A DNA stretch of 64,000 bases from an uncultured delta proteobacterium (lineage in GTDB: Bacteria > Desulfobacterota > Binatia > UBA9968), in NCBI GenBank assembly GCA_963760795.1, contig CAVXEP010000011.1, forward strand, positions 24,349-88,348, in the 5' to 3' direction. Every line of letters starts with the position of its first letter. The first letter of the stretch is position 1. The position numbers were made by a program, and so were the translations under genes. Shown piece after piece: positions 19,836 to 29,690 of the stretch. The notes under the pieces are model-generated. The model worked only from the letters and a program-made list of their open reading frames with translations, did not search any database and was not told the DNA's origin.

Positions 19836-21239
19836 ATGTCAAAAGCGCAGGTAAAAGAATTCGCCGCAGCCGACTCTCCGACTCAGACTCTAGCTGCATA
19901 CGTTTCGGGGCTCGCTTATAAAAACATCCCCCAGGAGGTGATTTCGCACATCAAGCTTTGCCTGATCGATTCTCTCGGCTGCGCGCTTTTCGGCGCGACG
20001 CTGCCGTGGGGCAAGATCATCACTTCGTTCACCAAGGAGATGGGCAGAGGCAAGGGAGCGCTGATCTGGGGCGATGGCGCAGAGGTGCCGAGCACCAGCG
20101 CGCCACTGGCCAACGGCACGCTGATACACAGCTTCGAGATGGACGATTTGCACCGCGTTGGCGTCATTCATCCGGGCGCGGAAGCGATACCGGCTGCGGA
20201 CGCGCTGGTGCGTCGTGTCGGTCACGTCGACGGCAAGCGGTTTATCACCGCCCTGGTCGCCGGTTACGAAGTCGGCAGCCGGGTCGGCATGACCGGCGGG
20301 GCCTCTCAGCTGCGCCGAGGATTTCACCCCAGCGCCACCTCCGGCACATTCGCCGCCGGAGCGGCCGCGGCGAAAATGCTCCGGTTGAGTCCTGTCAAAA
20401 CGCTCCATGCGTTGGGCATCGCCGGCACTCAAGCCGCGGGACTCATGGCTGCCCAATACGCCTCGATGGTAAAACGCATGCACCCTGGCCGCTCCGCGCA
20501 GGCCGGCGTCTATGGCGCTCTGCTCGCGGCTAAAGGATTTACCGGTATCGAGGACATTCTCGAAGCGCCCTACGGCGGCTTCTGCTCGACGTTCTGTGAC
20601 AATCCCAATCTGTCGCACCTGACTCAAGATCTGGGCGAGCGCTTCGAGACGCTCAACGTCGGCTGCAAACCCTATCCCTGCTGTGGCAGCAATCACACGT
20701 CCATCGATGCGCTGAAAAAAATTCTCCGCGAGCATCCGGAGGTGCGCGCCGAGAACGTGGACAAGATCCGCATTCGCACCACCCGCGCCACCAAGCTCCA
20801 CGTCGGCTGGCCCTACGAGCCCAAGAGCATGACCACGGCGCAGATGAATCTGCCGTTCTGCGTCGCCGTGCTGCTGCACGACCGCGAGTTTTTCGTCGAT
20901 CAGATTACCGAAAAGTCGATTCGCAGCGCAGCGGTGCTGAAAACGACAACGAAAATCGAAGTTCTCGAGGACCCCGAGTTCGAAGCGCTCGGTGACGAAG
21001 GGCGTCATGGAGTCAACCTGGAGGTTCAACTGCAGGACGGCCGAAGCTACAGCGAAAAAGTCCTCCACGCCAAGGGCAGCGACAAGCATCCGATGACGCG
21101 CGATGAGGCGCTTAAAAAATTCCGCTTGCTAGCGTCCCGCGTCCTATCGCGTTCTCGCGTCGAGCGTTTGGAAGATACGCTGCTCAACTTGGAGAAGCTC
21201 GATGACGCCGGAAAAATCGCCAAGTTGCTTACGGCGTGA
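19836..21239 (+). CDS. MmgE/PrpD family protein
   Basis: NGTLIHSFEMDDLH, HPG, GYEVG, RGFH, KRMHPG and KPYPCC; ATG after AAGGAG. Confidence 0.92.
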   Translation: MSKAQVKEFAAADSPTQTLAAYVSGLAYKNIPQEVISHIKLCLIDSLGCALFGATLPWGKIITSFTKEMGRGKGALIWGDGAEVPSTSAPLANGTLIHSFEMDDLHRVGVIHPGAEAIPAADALVRRVGHVDGKRFITALVAGYEVGSRVGMTGGASQLRRGFHPSATSGTFAAGAAAAKMLRLSPVKTLHALGIAGTQAAGLMAAQYASMVKRMHPGRSAQAGVYGALLAAKGFTGIEDILEAPYGGFCSTFCDNPNLSHLTQDLGERFETLNVGCKPYPCCGSNHTSIDALKKILREHPEVRAENVDKIRIRTTRATKLHVGWPYEPKSMTTAQMNLPFCVAVLLHDREFFVDQITEKSIRSAAVLKTTTKIEVLEDPEFEALGDEGRHGVNLEVQLQDGRSYSEKVLHAKGSDKHPMTRDEALKKFRLLASRVLSRSRVERLEDTLLNLEKLDDAGKIAKLLTA

Positions 21240-21381
21240 TTTACCGATGCAAAGGCCGATCAGCCCGAGGGCGCAGCCGCCATCGGCCGGGACAAAGCGG
21301 CCGTGCCGAAATTTCGATTATCCTTTGCGCCGATGCGATTGCGCTCGACCATGGAGCAAAAAGATCGGGGCGGTCAGCGGC

Positions 21382-22263
21382 TTAAGTGCCGCGGCCCCAC
21401 AGACCGCAATAGCGCCTCAAGACGAAGGGCAAAGCTGTCTTGTAATTGGGCCATTTCTCGTATTTTGGCAGCTGCAGCTCTTTCTCCGCCGGCTCCCAGC
21501 ATTTCCCCTCACGCGCCGCGGCCTTCACCGCTTCGGAGGCATCTTGCAGGAAGGTCAGTTGATCCTGCGCGTCCTGTTTGGAGCCTAACCGCTCGCCGGG
21601 ATTGCCGGGGTGGCCGGGTATCAGCCGTTCCCAATCCATCGCCAGGACTTGCTTGATCGAGCTCTCCGTCTCGAGCGGATAAAAGTCGATCATGCCCCGG
21701 GCCGGCAATGTACCGACCGGAAGCCAGTCGACTGCGAAGATGATCTTCTCCTTCGGCAGCCGCATGACGATCGAGCTGTCGGAGTGGTTGAGTCCAACGT
21801 ACGTCAACTCCAGGGTCGTGCCGCCGAGGTTGATCGTCCTCTTCTTGTCCATCGTTTCATCGGGCAACGGAGTCGTCGGATCCTTGAGGACGGCGAGGCG
21901 TTCCTTCGCCCGTTTGTGGGCGATGATCTTCGCGCCCGCATCCTTGAAGGGCTTGCCCCCGGCGATATGGTCATAGTGATGGTGGCTGTAGATCAGGTAC
22001 TTGATCGGCTGGTTGGTGATCTTTTTGATCTCATCAACATAGGTTGTCACCGCTTGCAACTGTCCGTAGCCGATCGGATCAGTGGCGATCACGCCGTCTT
22101 TGGTGACGACGAACATCGCCTGGCGGCCACCGTAGCGAAAAACGTAGACATTTTCAGTGCCCTCGACCCTGGTGGTCGCGAACGGCGGCGGTTTTTGCTC
22201 TTGGGCCTGTGTCGTCGATGCTAGCAGCGCGCCTAACGCAATTGTGTAAAGAATTCTCGACAT
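21382..22263 (-). CDS. Secreted MBL-fold metallo-hydrolase
   Basis: Signal peptide; SHHHYDHIAG, NHS, AVD and IPGH motifs. Confidence 0.9.
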   Translation of the reverse strand: MSRILYTIALGALLASTTQAQEQKPPPFATTRVEGTENVYVFRYGGRQAMFVVTKDGVIATDPIGYGQLQAVTTYVDEIKKITNQPIKYLIYSHHHYDHIAGGKPFKDAGAKIIAHKRAKERLAVLKDPTTPLPDETMDKKRTINLGGTTLELTYVGLNHSDSSIVMRLPKEKIIFAVDWLPVGTLPARGMIDFYPLETESSIKQVLAMDWERLIPGHPGNPGERLGSKQDAQDQLTFLQDASEAVKAAAREGKCWEPAEKELQLPKYEKWPNYKTALPFVLRRYCGLWGRGT

Positions 22264-22375
22264 GGTCGCCTCCTTATAACAATTGATTGGAACTCCCTTT
22301 TAGTATCAACTGAAGCGCACATTATCTAAACACGTAGTCTAATGTTAACGTGGCGCGGTAGCCGGTGCGTCAATT

Positions 22376-23359
22376 TCAAACTTTCAGTTTCAGTAACTGA
22401 ATGACATTGTCGCCGAGGATTTTTTCTTTCTCCCGTTTCGCGATCGGCATCGCCTCGATGCTCGGCACAGCGGCGGGGAGATCGCCGATGATCAGCGGGA
22501 AATCGCTGCCGAGCACCATGCGGCCGGCGCCGTAAAATTGATAGGCCATCATCAGCGCGGGCTGGTAAAACGACACGGTGTCGCAGTAGAGATCGCGCAG
22601 GTATTCCGATGTCGGTTTCTTGGTCTTGATGCCGCAAGTAGGGTCGTGGTAGCCGCGGTCAATTCTGCCGGCGAGAAAGGGGATGCCGGCGCCGAGATGG
22701 GAGATCACGAAGTTAAGCTCAGGGAATTTATCGAGCACGCCGGCGTAGGCGAGCCGGGTCGCCGACAGGACGATGTCGAACTCAAAACCGAGAATGATCG
22801 CCAGCCGCCACTCCTGCATGACTTGCGCGCCCAGCGGCGTGGTCGGGTGAATGAAGATCGGCACGCCAAGCTCCTGGGCGCGCGCGTAGACCGGCAGGAG
22901 AAAATCCGAGTCGACCATCTTGCCGGCGACGTTGGTGAGCATGCACATGCCCTTCAAACCGAGATCGAGGACGGCGCGGTCGAGTTCTTTTAGCGCCAGC
23001 TTGGTATCGACCAGCGGCAACATGGCGAGGCCCTGGAACTGCTTGGGGTATTTTCTTACGGCCTTGGCGATGCCATCGTTGATGATCCGGCTCATCTCGG
23101 CGCTCTCGTCGGGGGAGAAACGGTCGACGCCCGGATGCGGCGAAGACAATATCTGCATATCGACGCGGTGTTCCTTGATGCGCTCGACGCGCACGTCAGT
23201 GTCGAAGAAATCGGCATTGATCGGCCCGGCTCTGGCGCCCATGCTCAAGATCCATTTCTGGCCTTTAGCGTCGGTCTCGATGCGCACGTCGCCGGTCGAG
23301 GCTTCGAGCTTTTTCAGATAATCTTCCGGATAGATGTGGGCGTGGAAATCGATGTTCAT
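22376..23359 (-). CDS. Amidohydrolase_2 family protein (ACMSD-like decarboxylase/hydratase)
   Basis: IDFHAH, IFIHP, SHLG and GSDFP. Confidence 0.9.
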   Translation of the reverse strand: MNIDFHAHIYPEDYLKKLEASTGDVRIETDAKGQKWILSMGARAGPINADFFDTDVRVERIKEHRVDMQILSSPHPGVDRFSPDESAEMSRIINDGIAKAVRKYPKQFQGLAMLPLVDTKLALKELDRAVLDLGLKGMCMLTNVAGKMVDSDFLLPVYARAQELGVPIFIHPTTPLGAQVMQEWRLAIILGFEFDIVLSATRLAYAGVLDKFPELNFVISHLGAGIPFLAGRIDRGYHDPTCGIKTKKPTSEYLRDLYCDTVSFYQPALMMAYQFYGAGRMVLGSDFPLIIGDLPAAVPSIEAMPIAKREKEKILGDNVIQLLKLKV

Positions 23360-23501
23360 TTTTCGGTCTCCTTCAAATCGTTCGAATTTTTCAAAAGGTT
23401 CCGAAGCAGCTCAAACCGTTTCCGAGTGAACTCGGCCTGGCTGAAGTGAACCGGAATCCAGTGACTTCCGGTGAAGTATCCTTCGCGACCCATCCGGCCC
23501 G

Positions 23502-24344
23502 CTACAAGCCCAAAATGCGCTCGGCGTTGCCGTGAAAAAGTTTCTCCATCAGCTCGTCGGAGTAGCCGAGCTCGCGCCATTCCTTAAATATGCGTTCGTA
23601 GGGAATGCTCGGATAATCGCTGCCGAACATGACTTTGTCTTTCAATCGGCCTTTGATATCGCGCTTGATGGCGTCGGGAAAATATTTCGGCGCCCAACCG
23701 GACATCTCCCACGACACGTTGCCCTTGTGCAGCGCCACCGCGATCATCTCGTCGGTCCACGGCCAGCCGGGATGGGCTGCGACGATATTCAAGTCGGGAA
23801 AATCCGCTGCCAGCTGATCGATGGCCGAAGGATGGGCGTGGCGGATCACCGCGCCCAAGCCGCCGGGCATGCCTGCGCCCATGCCGGTGGTGCCGACATC
23901 GATCATGACGGGAACTTTGAGCGCGTTGATGGTCTCCCACAGCGGGTAAAACTTACGGTCGTCGACGGAGAAATGGCCCATGATCGGATGAAAGTGAAAG
24001 CCCAAAAGCTTTAAATCGTTGATCGCTGTTTTTGCCGCTTCGATGGCAACTTCGCCCTTCAGGGGATCGACGGCGCCCCATGCTTGCCGAATTACCCCGG
24101 GATGTCGGTCGCGCATCTGCGCAACATACTCATTCGTACAGGGCGGCGCGCCGGTGACCGATTCGATGTCAAAGGCCACCAGCATCGCTTCGACGCCGGC
24201 TTGTTTGAATTCTTCGATGACCTCGGATTCTTCCTTCCACGTCCAAGCTCGATTCCAATATTTCGCCAGCGCTTCGACGTAGGGGCCCTGGGATTTGATC
24301 CACGGTTCGGTGTTGGGATAGCAGTGTAGGTCGATGATTCTCAA
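23502..24344 (-). CDS. Amidohydrolase_2 family protein (CouO-like beta-ketoacyl-CoA hydrolase type)
   Basis: IIDLH, GTTGMGAGMPGG, AHPGWPW, SGWAPKYF and GSDYP; TTG start overlaps the stop of the upstream ligase. Confidence 0.82.
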   Translation of the reverse strand: MRIIDLHCYPNTEPWIKSQGPYVEALAKYWNRAWTWKEESEVIEEFKQAGVEAMLVAFDIESVTGAPPCTNEYVAQMRDRHPGVIRQAWGAVDPLKGEVAIEAAKTAINDLKLLGFHFHPIMGHFSVDDRKFYPLWETINALKVPVMIDVGTTGMGAGMPGGLGAVIRHAHPSAIDQLAADFPDLNIVAAHPGWPWTDEMIAVALHKGNVSWEMSGWAPKYFPDAIKRDIKGRLKDKVMFGSDYPSIPYERIFKEWRELGYSDELMEKLFHGNAERILGL

Positions 24345-25990
24345 GGTTTGCTTTCTTCCTTCAGCTTTAACGTAATTCTCTCGGTCAAATCTTTTTTCGA
24401 CACCTTGCCGAATGGCGAGAGCGGAAAATCGTCGACAATCTCCAACCGTTCCGGCAGTTTATGCTTGGCGATTTCCTCGTTCATGAGGAAGGTGACGAGT
24501 TCCGGTAATGTTAGAGCGCTGCCGGCGCGCAGGATCACATAGGCGCACATGCGCTCGCCGAGAATCGGATCGGGCATCGGCACGCAGGCGACGTTTTGCA
24601 CGGCGGGATGAGTGAGTATGAGATTTTCAATCTCCTCGGCGCTGATCTTTTCGCCGCCGCGGTTGATCAAATCTTTTTTTCGTCCTTCCACCATGTAGCT
24701 GCCGGAGGGATGGCGGCGCATGAGATCGCCGGAGCGGTAAAAACCGTCGGCGGTAAACGCTCTGGCGTTGTACTCGGGCACGCCGAAGTAGCCGCGCAGG
24801 GTGTACGGCCCGCGGGCGAGCAGCTCGCCGACTTCCCCCGGCGCCACTTGGTTGTCGTCGTCGTCAACTAGCCGCACTTCGTCGTCGGGGCTCACCGGCC
24901 GGCCGACCGTCTCAAGCCTCACATCTTCGGGATCGTCGGCACGGATGAACATCAGCATGCCTTCGGCCATGCCGAAATTTTCCTGGACGAAGACGCCGGG
25001 AATCAACTCTTTAGTCCGCCGGCGCACTTCCGGTTGCAGCCGCTGGCCGCCGCTCTGAATGACGCGCATCGAAGCCAGATCATATTTCGCGATTGACGGA
25101 TCATTGATCAAACGGATCAACAGCGCGGGCACGACGGCGATATGACTCACGCGGTGGCGCTCGATCAACGCGAAGATTTCCTCGCTGCGGGTCGAGTTGG
25201 CGAGAACAACCTTGGCGCCGTGCAAGAAATATCCTTGGATACCGGGACAGGCGAGGGGCAGGTTGTGCGCCAGCGGCAGCACGCTCAGCATCACCCGCTC
25301 GGGACCGACGCCCGTCACAGCCGCGGCCATTTTCGAATTGTAAACATAATCGTTGTGCGAGCGTGGAATTAACTTGGGAATGCCGGTGGTGCCGCCGGAG
25401 AGTTGGAAGAGCGCCGGATCTTCGGGATCGATGGCGATCTCACGCAACTCGCCGGGCGCGCGCTTGCTGGGCCGCTCGATGAGCGCGGTCAGAGACAAAT
25501 ACCCGGCTGGCGCATCCCCCAAAATAATTCCCAAGCGCAGAGTTTTGCTCGCTGGGCGAATGCGCCGCACGAGGTCGCGGTAGTCGAAGTCTTTGGTCTG
25601 GTCCGGCGTGGCGCAGGCGACGGCGCCGGAGAGCTCGATGAATTGGCTTATCTCGCGAAATCGGTGGGTCGGCAGAGCCATGATCGGAATCGCGCCGATT
25701 TTTTGCAAGGCGCAGTAGAGATAAACGAATTCGACGACGTTGGGCAGCTGCACCACCACGCGGTCGAGCGGCGCGAGCCCTTCGTCGAGGAGATTGAGCG
25801 CCAAGCGGGTCGAGCGTTGGTCGATTTGCGCATAGGTGACGGCTTGATCCCGGTCGATGACGGCAACACGCTCCGCGTGGCGGGCGAAAAGTTCATCGAA
25901 AGTATCGCGCAGTGAGCGATCTTCCCAATAGCCCTTAGCGCGGTAGCGCGCGGCGAACTCGGGCGGAAAGCGGACGACACCGTCTAACAT
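24341..25990 (-). CDS. Aryl-acid adenylating enzyme (DhbE/EntE family; salicylate-AMP/CoA ligase-like)
   Basis: FQLSGGTTGIPKLIPRSHNDY, HNLPLACPG, FGMAEG, RGPYTLRGY and INRGGEKI. Confidence 0.9.
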   Translation of the reverse strand: MLDGVVRFPPEFAARYRAKGYWEDRSLRDTFDELFARHAERVAVIDRDQAVTYAQIDQRSTRLALNLLDEGLAPLDRVVVQLPNVVEFVYLYCALQKIGAIPIMALPTHRFREISQFIELSGAVACATPDQTKDFDYRDLVRRIRPASKTLRLGIILGDAPAGYLSLTALIERPSKRAPGELREIAIDPEDPALFQLSGGTTGIPKLIPRSHNDYVYNSKMAAAVTGVGPERVMLSVLPLAHNLPLACPGIQGYFLHGAKVVLANSTRSEEIFALIERHRVSHIAVVPALLIRLINDPSIAKYDLASMRVIQSGGQRLQPEVRRRTKELIPGVFVQENFGMAEGMLMFIRADDPEDVRLETVGRPVSPDDEVRLVDDDDNQVAPGEVGELLARGPYTLRGYFGVPEYNARAFTADGFYRSGDLMRRHPSGSYMVEGRKKDLINRGGEKISAEEIENLILTHPAVQNVACVPMPDPILGERMCAYVILRAGSALTLPELVTFLMNEEIAKHKLPERLEIVDDFPLSPFGKVSKKDLTERITLKLKEESKP

Positions 25991-26162
25991 CTACTCCTCG
26001 CTGCGCTCGTCGCATTCCAATGTTCCAGTTGTTCCAAACGTTTAAGGTGTCGGAATTGAACGACTTGGAACAGCCAATCGAACATTTTAGCGCTAGATTC
26101 TCGTCGGAATGATTTGAATTCTGGAATCTGTAACTGGAACATTTGGAATCGGCGATCCTTTA

Positions 26163-26927
26163 TTACGTGGTGCTGGCGAACCCGCCGTCGACGATAATGA
26201 TCTCGCCGGTGACGAAGCGGTTGTGTAGGATGAGACTCAGCATGCTGTCGGCGACATCGTCTTCGGTGCAGCAGCGATTGAGCGGCGTGTATTTCGCTCG
26301 GCGCGCCATCAAGCCTTGGTAGTTCTCCGCCAGCGTCCGCTTCATCCACTCGCCTTCGATCCAGCCGGGCGCCACCGCGTTGACGCGGATTTGCGGTCCT
26401 AACGCGTTGGCCAGTGTCTTGGTTAGGTTCGCCACCGCGGCTTTGCTGGCCGCGTAGGGCAATGGCTGGGCGCTGGGCCGCAGACCGGCGATGCTGCATG
26501 TGTTGACGATGCAGCCGTTGGGCGATTTTTTCAGTAGGGATGTCGCCGCCCGGGTGACCAGAAATAAACCGAGGACGTTCACATTAAAGACTCGGTTCCA
26601 GTCCTCGACTGTCATGGCTTCGAAATTTTTCGGGTCGACATCGACCGTCGTGCCGGCATTGTTGATCAGCACGTCGAGTCTGCCGAATTCCTGTTCGGTC
26701 GCCGCCAGCATGGCGCGCACGGCGGCGTCGTCACTGACATCCGCCCGGTAGAGCAGCGCGCGGGCACCCGCAGCTTCGCATGCGCGCGCCGTGATCCTCG
26801 CCGCGTCTTCGCTGCGGCTAAAATTGACGGCTACATCGTAGCCGTTTTGCGCCAACGCCACGGCGGCGCTGCGACCGATGCCGGTGGCCGCGCCGGTGAC
26901 GAGCGCGGCGGGTTTATCGTTGCTCAT
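26163..26927 (-). CDS. Short-chain dehydrogenase/reductase
   Basis: TGAATGIG, NNAG, YAASK and NAVAPG. Confidence 0.93.
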   Translation of the reverse strand: MSNDKPAALVTGAATGIGRSAAVALAQNGYDVAVNFSRSEDAARITARACEAAGARALLYRADVSDDAAVRAMLAATEQEFGRLDVLINNAGTTVDVDPKNFEAMTVEDWNRVFNVNVLGLFLVTRAATSLLKKSPNGCIVNTCSIAGLRPSAQPLPYAASKAAVANLTKTLANALGPQIRVNAVAPGWIEGEWMKRTLAENYQGLMARRAKYTPLNRCCTEDDVADSMLSLILHNRFVTGEIIIVDGGFASTT

Positions 26928-27008
26928 GGTGGCTTTGCTTGTAGCAAAAAAGTCGAATCGCCGTCAACGCGGCGGTGCTCTCGGCGCCGGCCGCGCGTTC
27001 GAACCAAG

Positions 27009-28166
27009 CTACGAGCCCTGCCGCGGGGCGGCGCCGCGCTCTCGATCGATCCGCGCCATGAACTTCGGTGACAGCTCGCGCAGCCGTTCGTCGGTCATGC
27101 GGCCGCTGCGGGTCATGTAATCGTAGGCGAGCTGCCAGGGTTCCAACTTCATTTTCTCGGCGATGCGCTCGTACCAATAGGAGCTGGCGTTGGCGGCGGC
27201 GACGATTTTTTCGACGATGGGCCGGCGCTCGCGCTCGAAGAGGTCCAGCGCGCGCGGTGCATCTTCGCCCGCGTCAGCGAAGGCGCGATCGAGAGCGATG
27301 GCATCTTCGAATGCGAGGCGGGTGCCCGAGCCGATGGAAAAATGCACGGTGCGTTGGGCGTCGCCCAAGAGCACGGCGTTGCCAACGGCCCATCGGTTGG
27401 TAACCAGCAGCGGAAACTGGCGCCAGATGGATTTATTGGATACCAGCGAATGGCCGTTTAAATCCGGCGCGAAGACCCGCTCACAGTAGGTGCGGCTGGC
27501 ATCCTCGGACATTCGATCCAAGCCGGCGCGGCGCCAGGTCGCTTCATCGCATTCGACGACGAACGTGCTCATCGTTTGACTGTGGCGGTAATGGTGCGCG
27601 ACGAAGTGGCCGTCTGCGTTGGCCCGGAAGGTTAAGCTAAGACACTCGAACGGCTGCGTCGTGCCGTACCAGGCGAAGCGGTTGGTGAGCCATTCGGTTT
27701 TGAGTTGGAATTCCGCTTCCAGGGCGCGGCGCACGAACGAGTTCGCGCCATCGGCGCCGACCAGAAGATCGCAGTCCTTTGCTTGAGCGAGTGATTCGAT
27801 GAATTGGTTGTAGATGACGCTCACGCCCGCGGCGCGGCACAGCGCGTCGAGAAATTGATTGAGTTCTAATCTCCCGATGGCCGAGAAACCGTTGCCGTCG
27901 ATATCGACGCGCTCGTCGCGATGGACGATGCGCTGCATGGGCCAGGATTCTAGCTGCGGAACTAACAGCGCGTGAAAATCGGCCACGTCGCGTTCGAGGA
28001 ACGCGAGGGCATTGAGCGAGAACACCACGCCGAAACCGAAGGTGGCGTCGGGCGGGTTCTGCTCGAAGACATTGACCTGCCAACTTGGATAGCGGCGCTT
28101 GATCAGCAGCGCGAAGAGAAGGCCGGCGGGACCGGCGCCGATGATGTTAACCTTCACAGCTGCCAT
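27009..28166 (-). CDS. FAD-dependent monooxygenase, salicylyl-CoA 5-hydroxylase / anthraniloyl-CoA monooxygenase N-terminal-domain type
   Basis: IIGAGPAGL, TFGFGVVFS, ADGANS, GDAQRTVHFSIGSGTRLAFEDA and YMTRSGR; no C-terminal oxidoreductase domain. Confidence 0.88.
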   Translation of the reverse strand: MAAVKVNIIGAGPAGLLFALLIKRRYPSWQVNVFEQNPPDATFGFGVVFSLNALAFLERDVADFHALLVPQLESWPMQRIVHRDERVDIDGNGFSAIGRLELNQFLDALCRAAGVSVIYNQFIESLAQAKDCDLLVGADGANSFVRRALEAEFQLKTEWLTNRFAWYGTTQPFECLSLTFRANADGHFVAHHYRHSQTMSTFVVECDEATWRRAGLDRMSEDASRTYCERVFAPDLNGHSLVSNKSIWRQFPLLVTNRWAVGNAVLLGDAQRTVHFSIGSGTRLAFEDAIALDRAFADAGEDAPRALDLFERERRPIVEKIVAAANASSYWYERIAEKMKLEPWQLAYDYMTRSGRMTDERLRELSPKFMARIDRERGAAPRQGS

Positions 28167-28190
28167 TTGCTCCGATTCGAAGACATATTC

Positions 28191-28334
28191 CTCACGCAAG
28201 GCGCAAAGGCGCCAAGTGACGGGCCGAGGCCCGTCATCCCGAGTGGATGCGAGGGATCTAAGAAAGATTTCTCCCTTCGGTCGAAATGACATTTTTCCTC
28301 TACGGCCTTTGCGGCCTTGGCGCCTTTGCGGGAG
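28191..28334. repeat. Nested composite palindromic repeat
   Basis: Outer arms cgcaaggcgcaaaggcgccaag and cttggcgcctttgcg enclose gtcatcccgag..gagggatct ... agatttctcccttcggtcgaaatgac (28233-28290). Confidence 0.8.
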
Positions 28335-28427
28335 ATATTCCGACCGCATTGAATTTTTTTTGCGAACTTTGCGTGGCCAGTTCCTTCGCTCCGCTCAGGA
28401 TCTTTGCGGCTAATTCTCTGGCCGATG

Positions 28428-29351
28428 TTAGGCGAAGCGCGGAAATAGCCGTAACGCGTTTTGTTCTTCGATAGCGCGCCGCGCCGCGTCGTCGAAGCCG
28501 TCGTAATGTTCCCAGTGCTCGACTTCGCGCTGCAAGCGCGTGCCATAGACGAACGGCAGATCCGAGCCCCACAGGATATGGGTCGGATCGGCGAACTCCT
28601 GTAGCGAGCGGAGCGCGAATGCAGACGTGGTACTCGCGGTCTCATAGTAGAGCGCGCGCAGCGTGGGAATCACGTCAGTGACTTTTTTGGCGCCGCGGTG
28701 GCCTTCCATCATGGCGATCCGTTCGGCAAGGAACGGCACCGTGCCGCCGCCATGGGCGACGATGAAGCGAATGTCGGGGCAACGCTTGAGCGTGCCGGTA
28801 TAAATCAGATTGACGATGGCTCGGGTGGTGTCGAACACATACTCGACGGCGAACGGCGGCGCGCGTAAGCCAGTGTGCTCGGGCGCTTCGCAGTGGGTCG
28901 GATGGATGAACACCACGGCTTGGCGCCGGTTCAGCTCGTCAAACAGCGGATCGAACAACGGGTCGCCCAAGTAGTGGTCGTTGACGCTGGAAAAAAGCCC
29001 GACGCCGTCAAGGTGCAAGATGTCGAGCGCATAGGTTAATTCTTCCAGCGCGCCGTCAACGTCCGGCAGGGGAAGAAGAGCGAAGGAGCCGAATCGCGTG
29101 GGGTGTTCCAGTAACATTCTGGCTTGGAATTCATTGCATACGCGGGCGACTTCGCGCAGACGATTGAGATTATTCAGGACGACGCGCGGGGTGAGCGAGG
29201 TGATCGCCGATTGAATGTGCCAACTATCCATGGAGCGCAGTTGCGCTCCGGTAGTCGGCAGCTTGATCGGCATGGATTCGTCAGCGTACTGCGGCGGCAC
29301 CACGTGGTGATGCACGTCGATGCGCCAATTTTCTGGTGTATTCTGACTCAT
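28428..29351 (-). CDS. Amidohydrolase_2 family protein (6-methylsalicylate / aromatic acid decarboxylase-like)
   Basis: RIDVHHHVVPP, VFIHPT, FDTTRA, AHGGG and GSDLP. Confidence 0.88.
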   Translation of the reverse strand: MSQNTPENWRIDVHHHVVPPQYADESMPIKLPTTGAQLRSMDSWHIQSAITSLTPRVVLNNLNRLREVARVCNEFQARMLLEHPTRFGSFALLPLPDVDGALEELTYALDILHLDGVGLFSSVNDHYLGDPLFDPLFDELNRRQAVVFIHPTHCEAPEHTGLRAPPFAVEYVFDTTRAIVNLIYTGTLKRCPDIRFIVAHGGGTVPFLAERIAMMEGHRGAKKVTDVIPTLRALYYETASTTSAFALRSLQEFADPTHILWGSDLPFVYGTRLQREVEHWEHYDGFDDAARRAIEEQNALRLFPRFA

Positions 29352-29690
29352 ACGCTCGCACTCGCTGCCGAAGCTATTTGATAATGCGCCGTTCTGTCAA
29401 CTCAAAGTCATTCTACTTGACAGCGGGAGCCTGCACCGGTCTATAGTCCGGCGTGAACGAGAAACATTGCTCTTGATTCAACGAACTGGTCTCGAGCTGA
29501 CATTTGCCAAAATCTCCCCTGGCCTCTCTTCTTCAGAGGGGCAACCGGGTGTCGCCAGCAGCCGTCTTCCCCCGTTGGAAAACGCATCCAGGGGATGGGG
29601 ATGGAGCCCGGATTTTCTTCGGAGGACGATGTCGGGAACCATTTGGCGTTTGGTCAGAGTTACCGCTGGTCAGGTGGAAGCAGGGCAAAA

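Noticed and set aside
24341-25990. Siderophore (enterobactin/bacillibactin) biosynthesis
   Set aside because: No NRPS, aryl carrier protein or isochorismate synthase in the window; neighbours are catabolic
28167-28349. In-frame palindromic-repeat insertion at the monooxygenase N-terminus
   Set aside because: The GxGxxG motif starts right after ATG 28166, so the extension is chance read-through of the intergenic repeat
29417-29447. Sigma-70 promoter TTGACA-N19-TATAGT
   Set aside because: The spacer is too long to call with confidence
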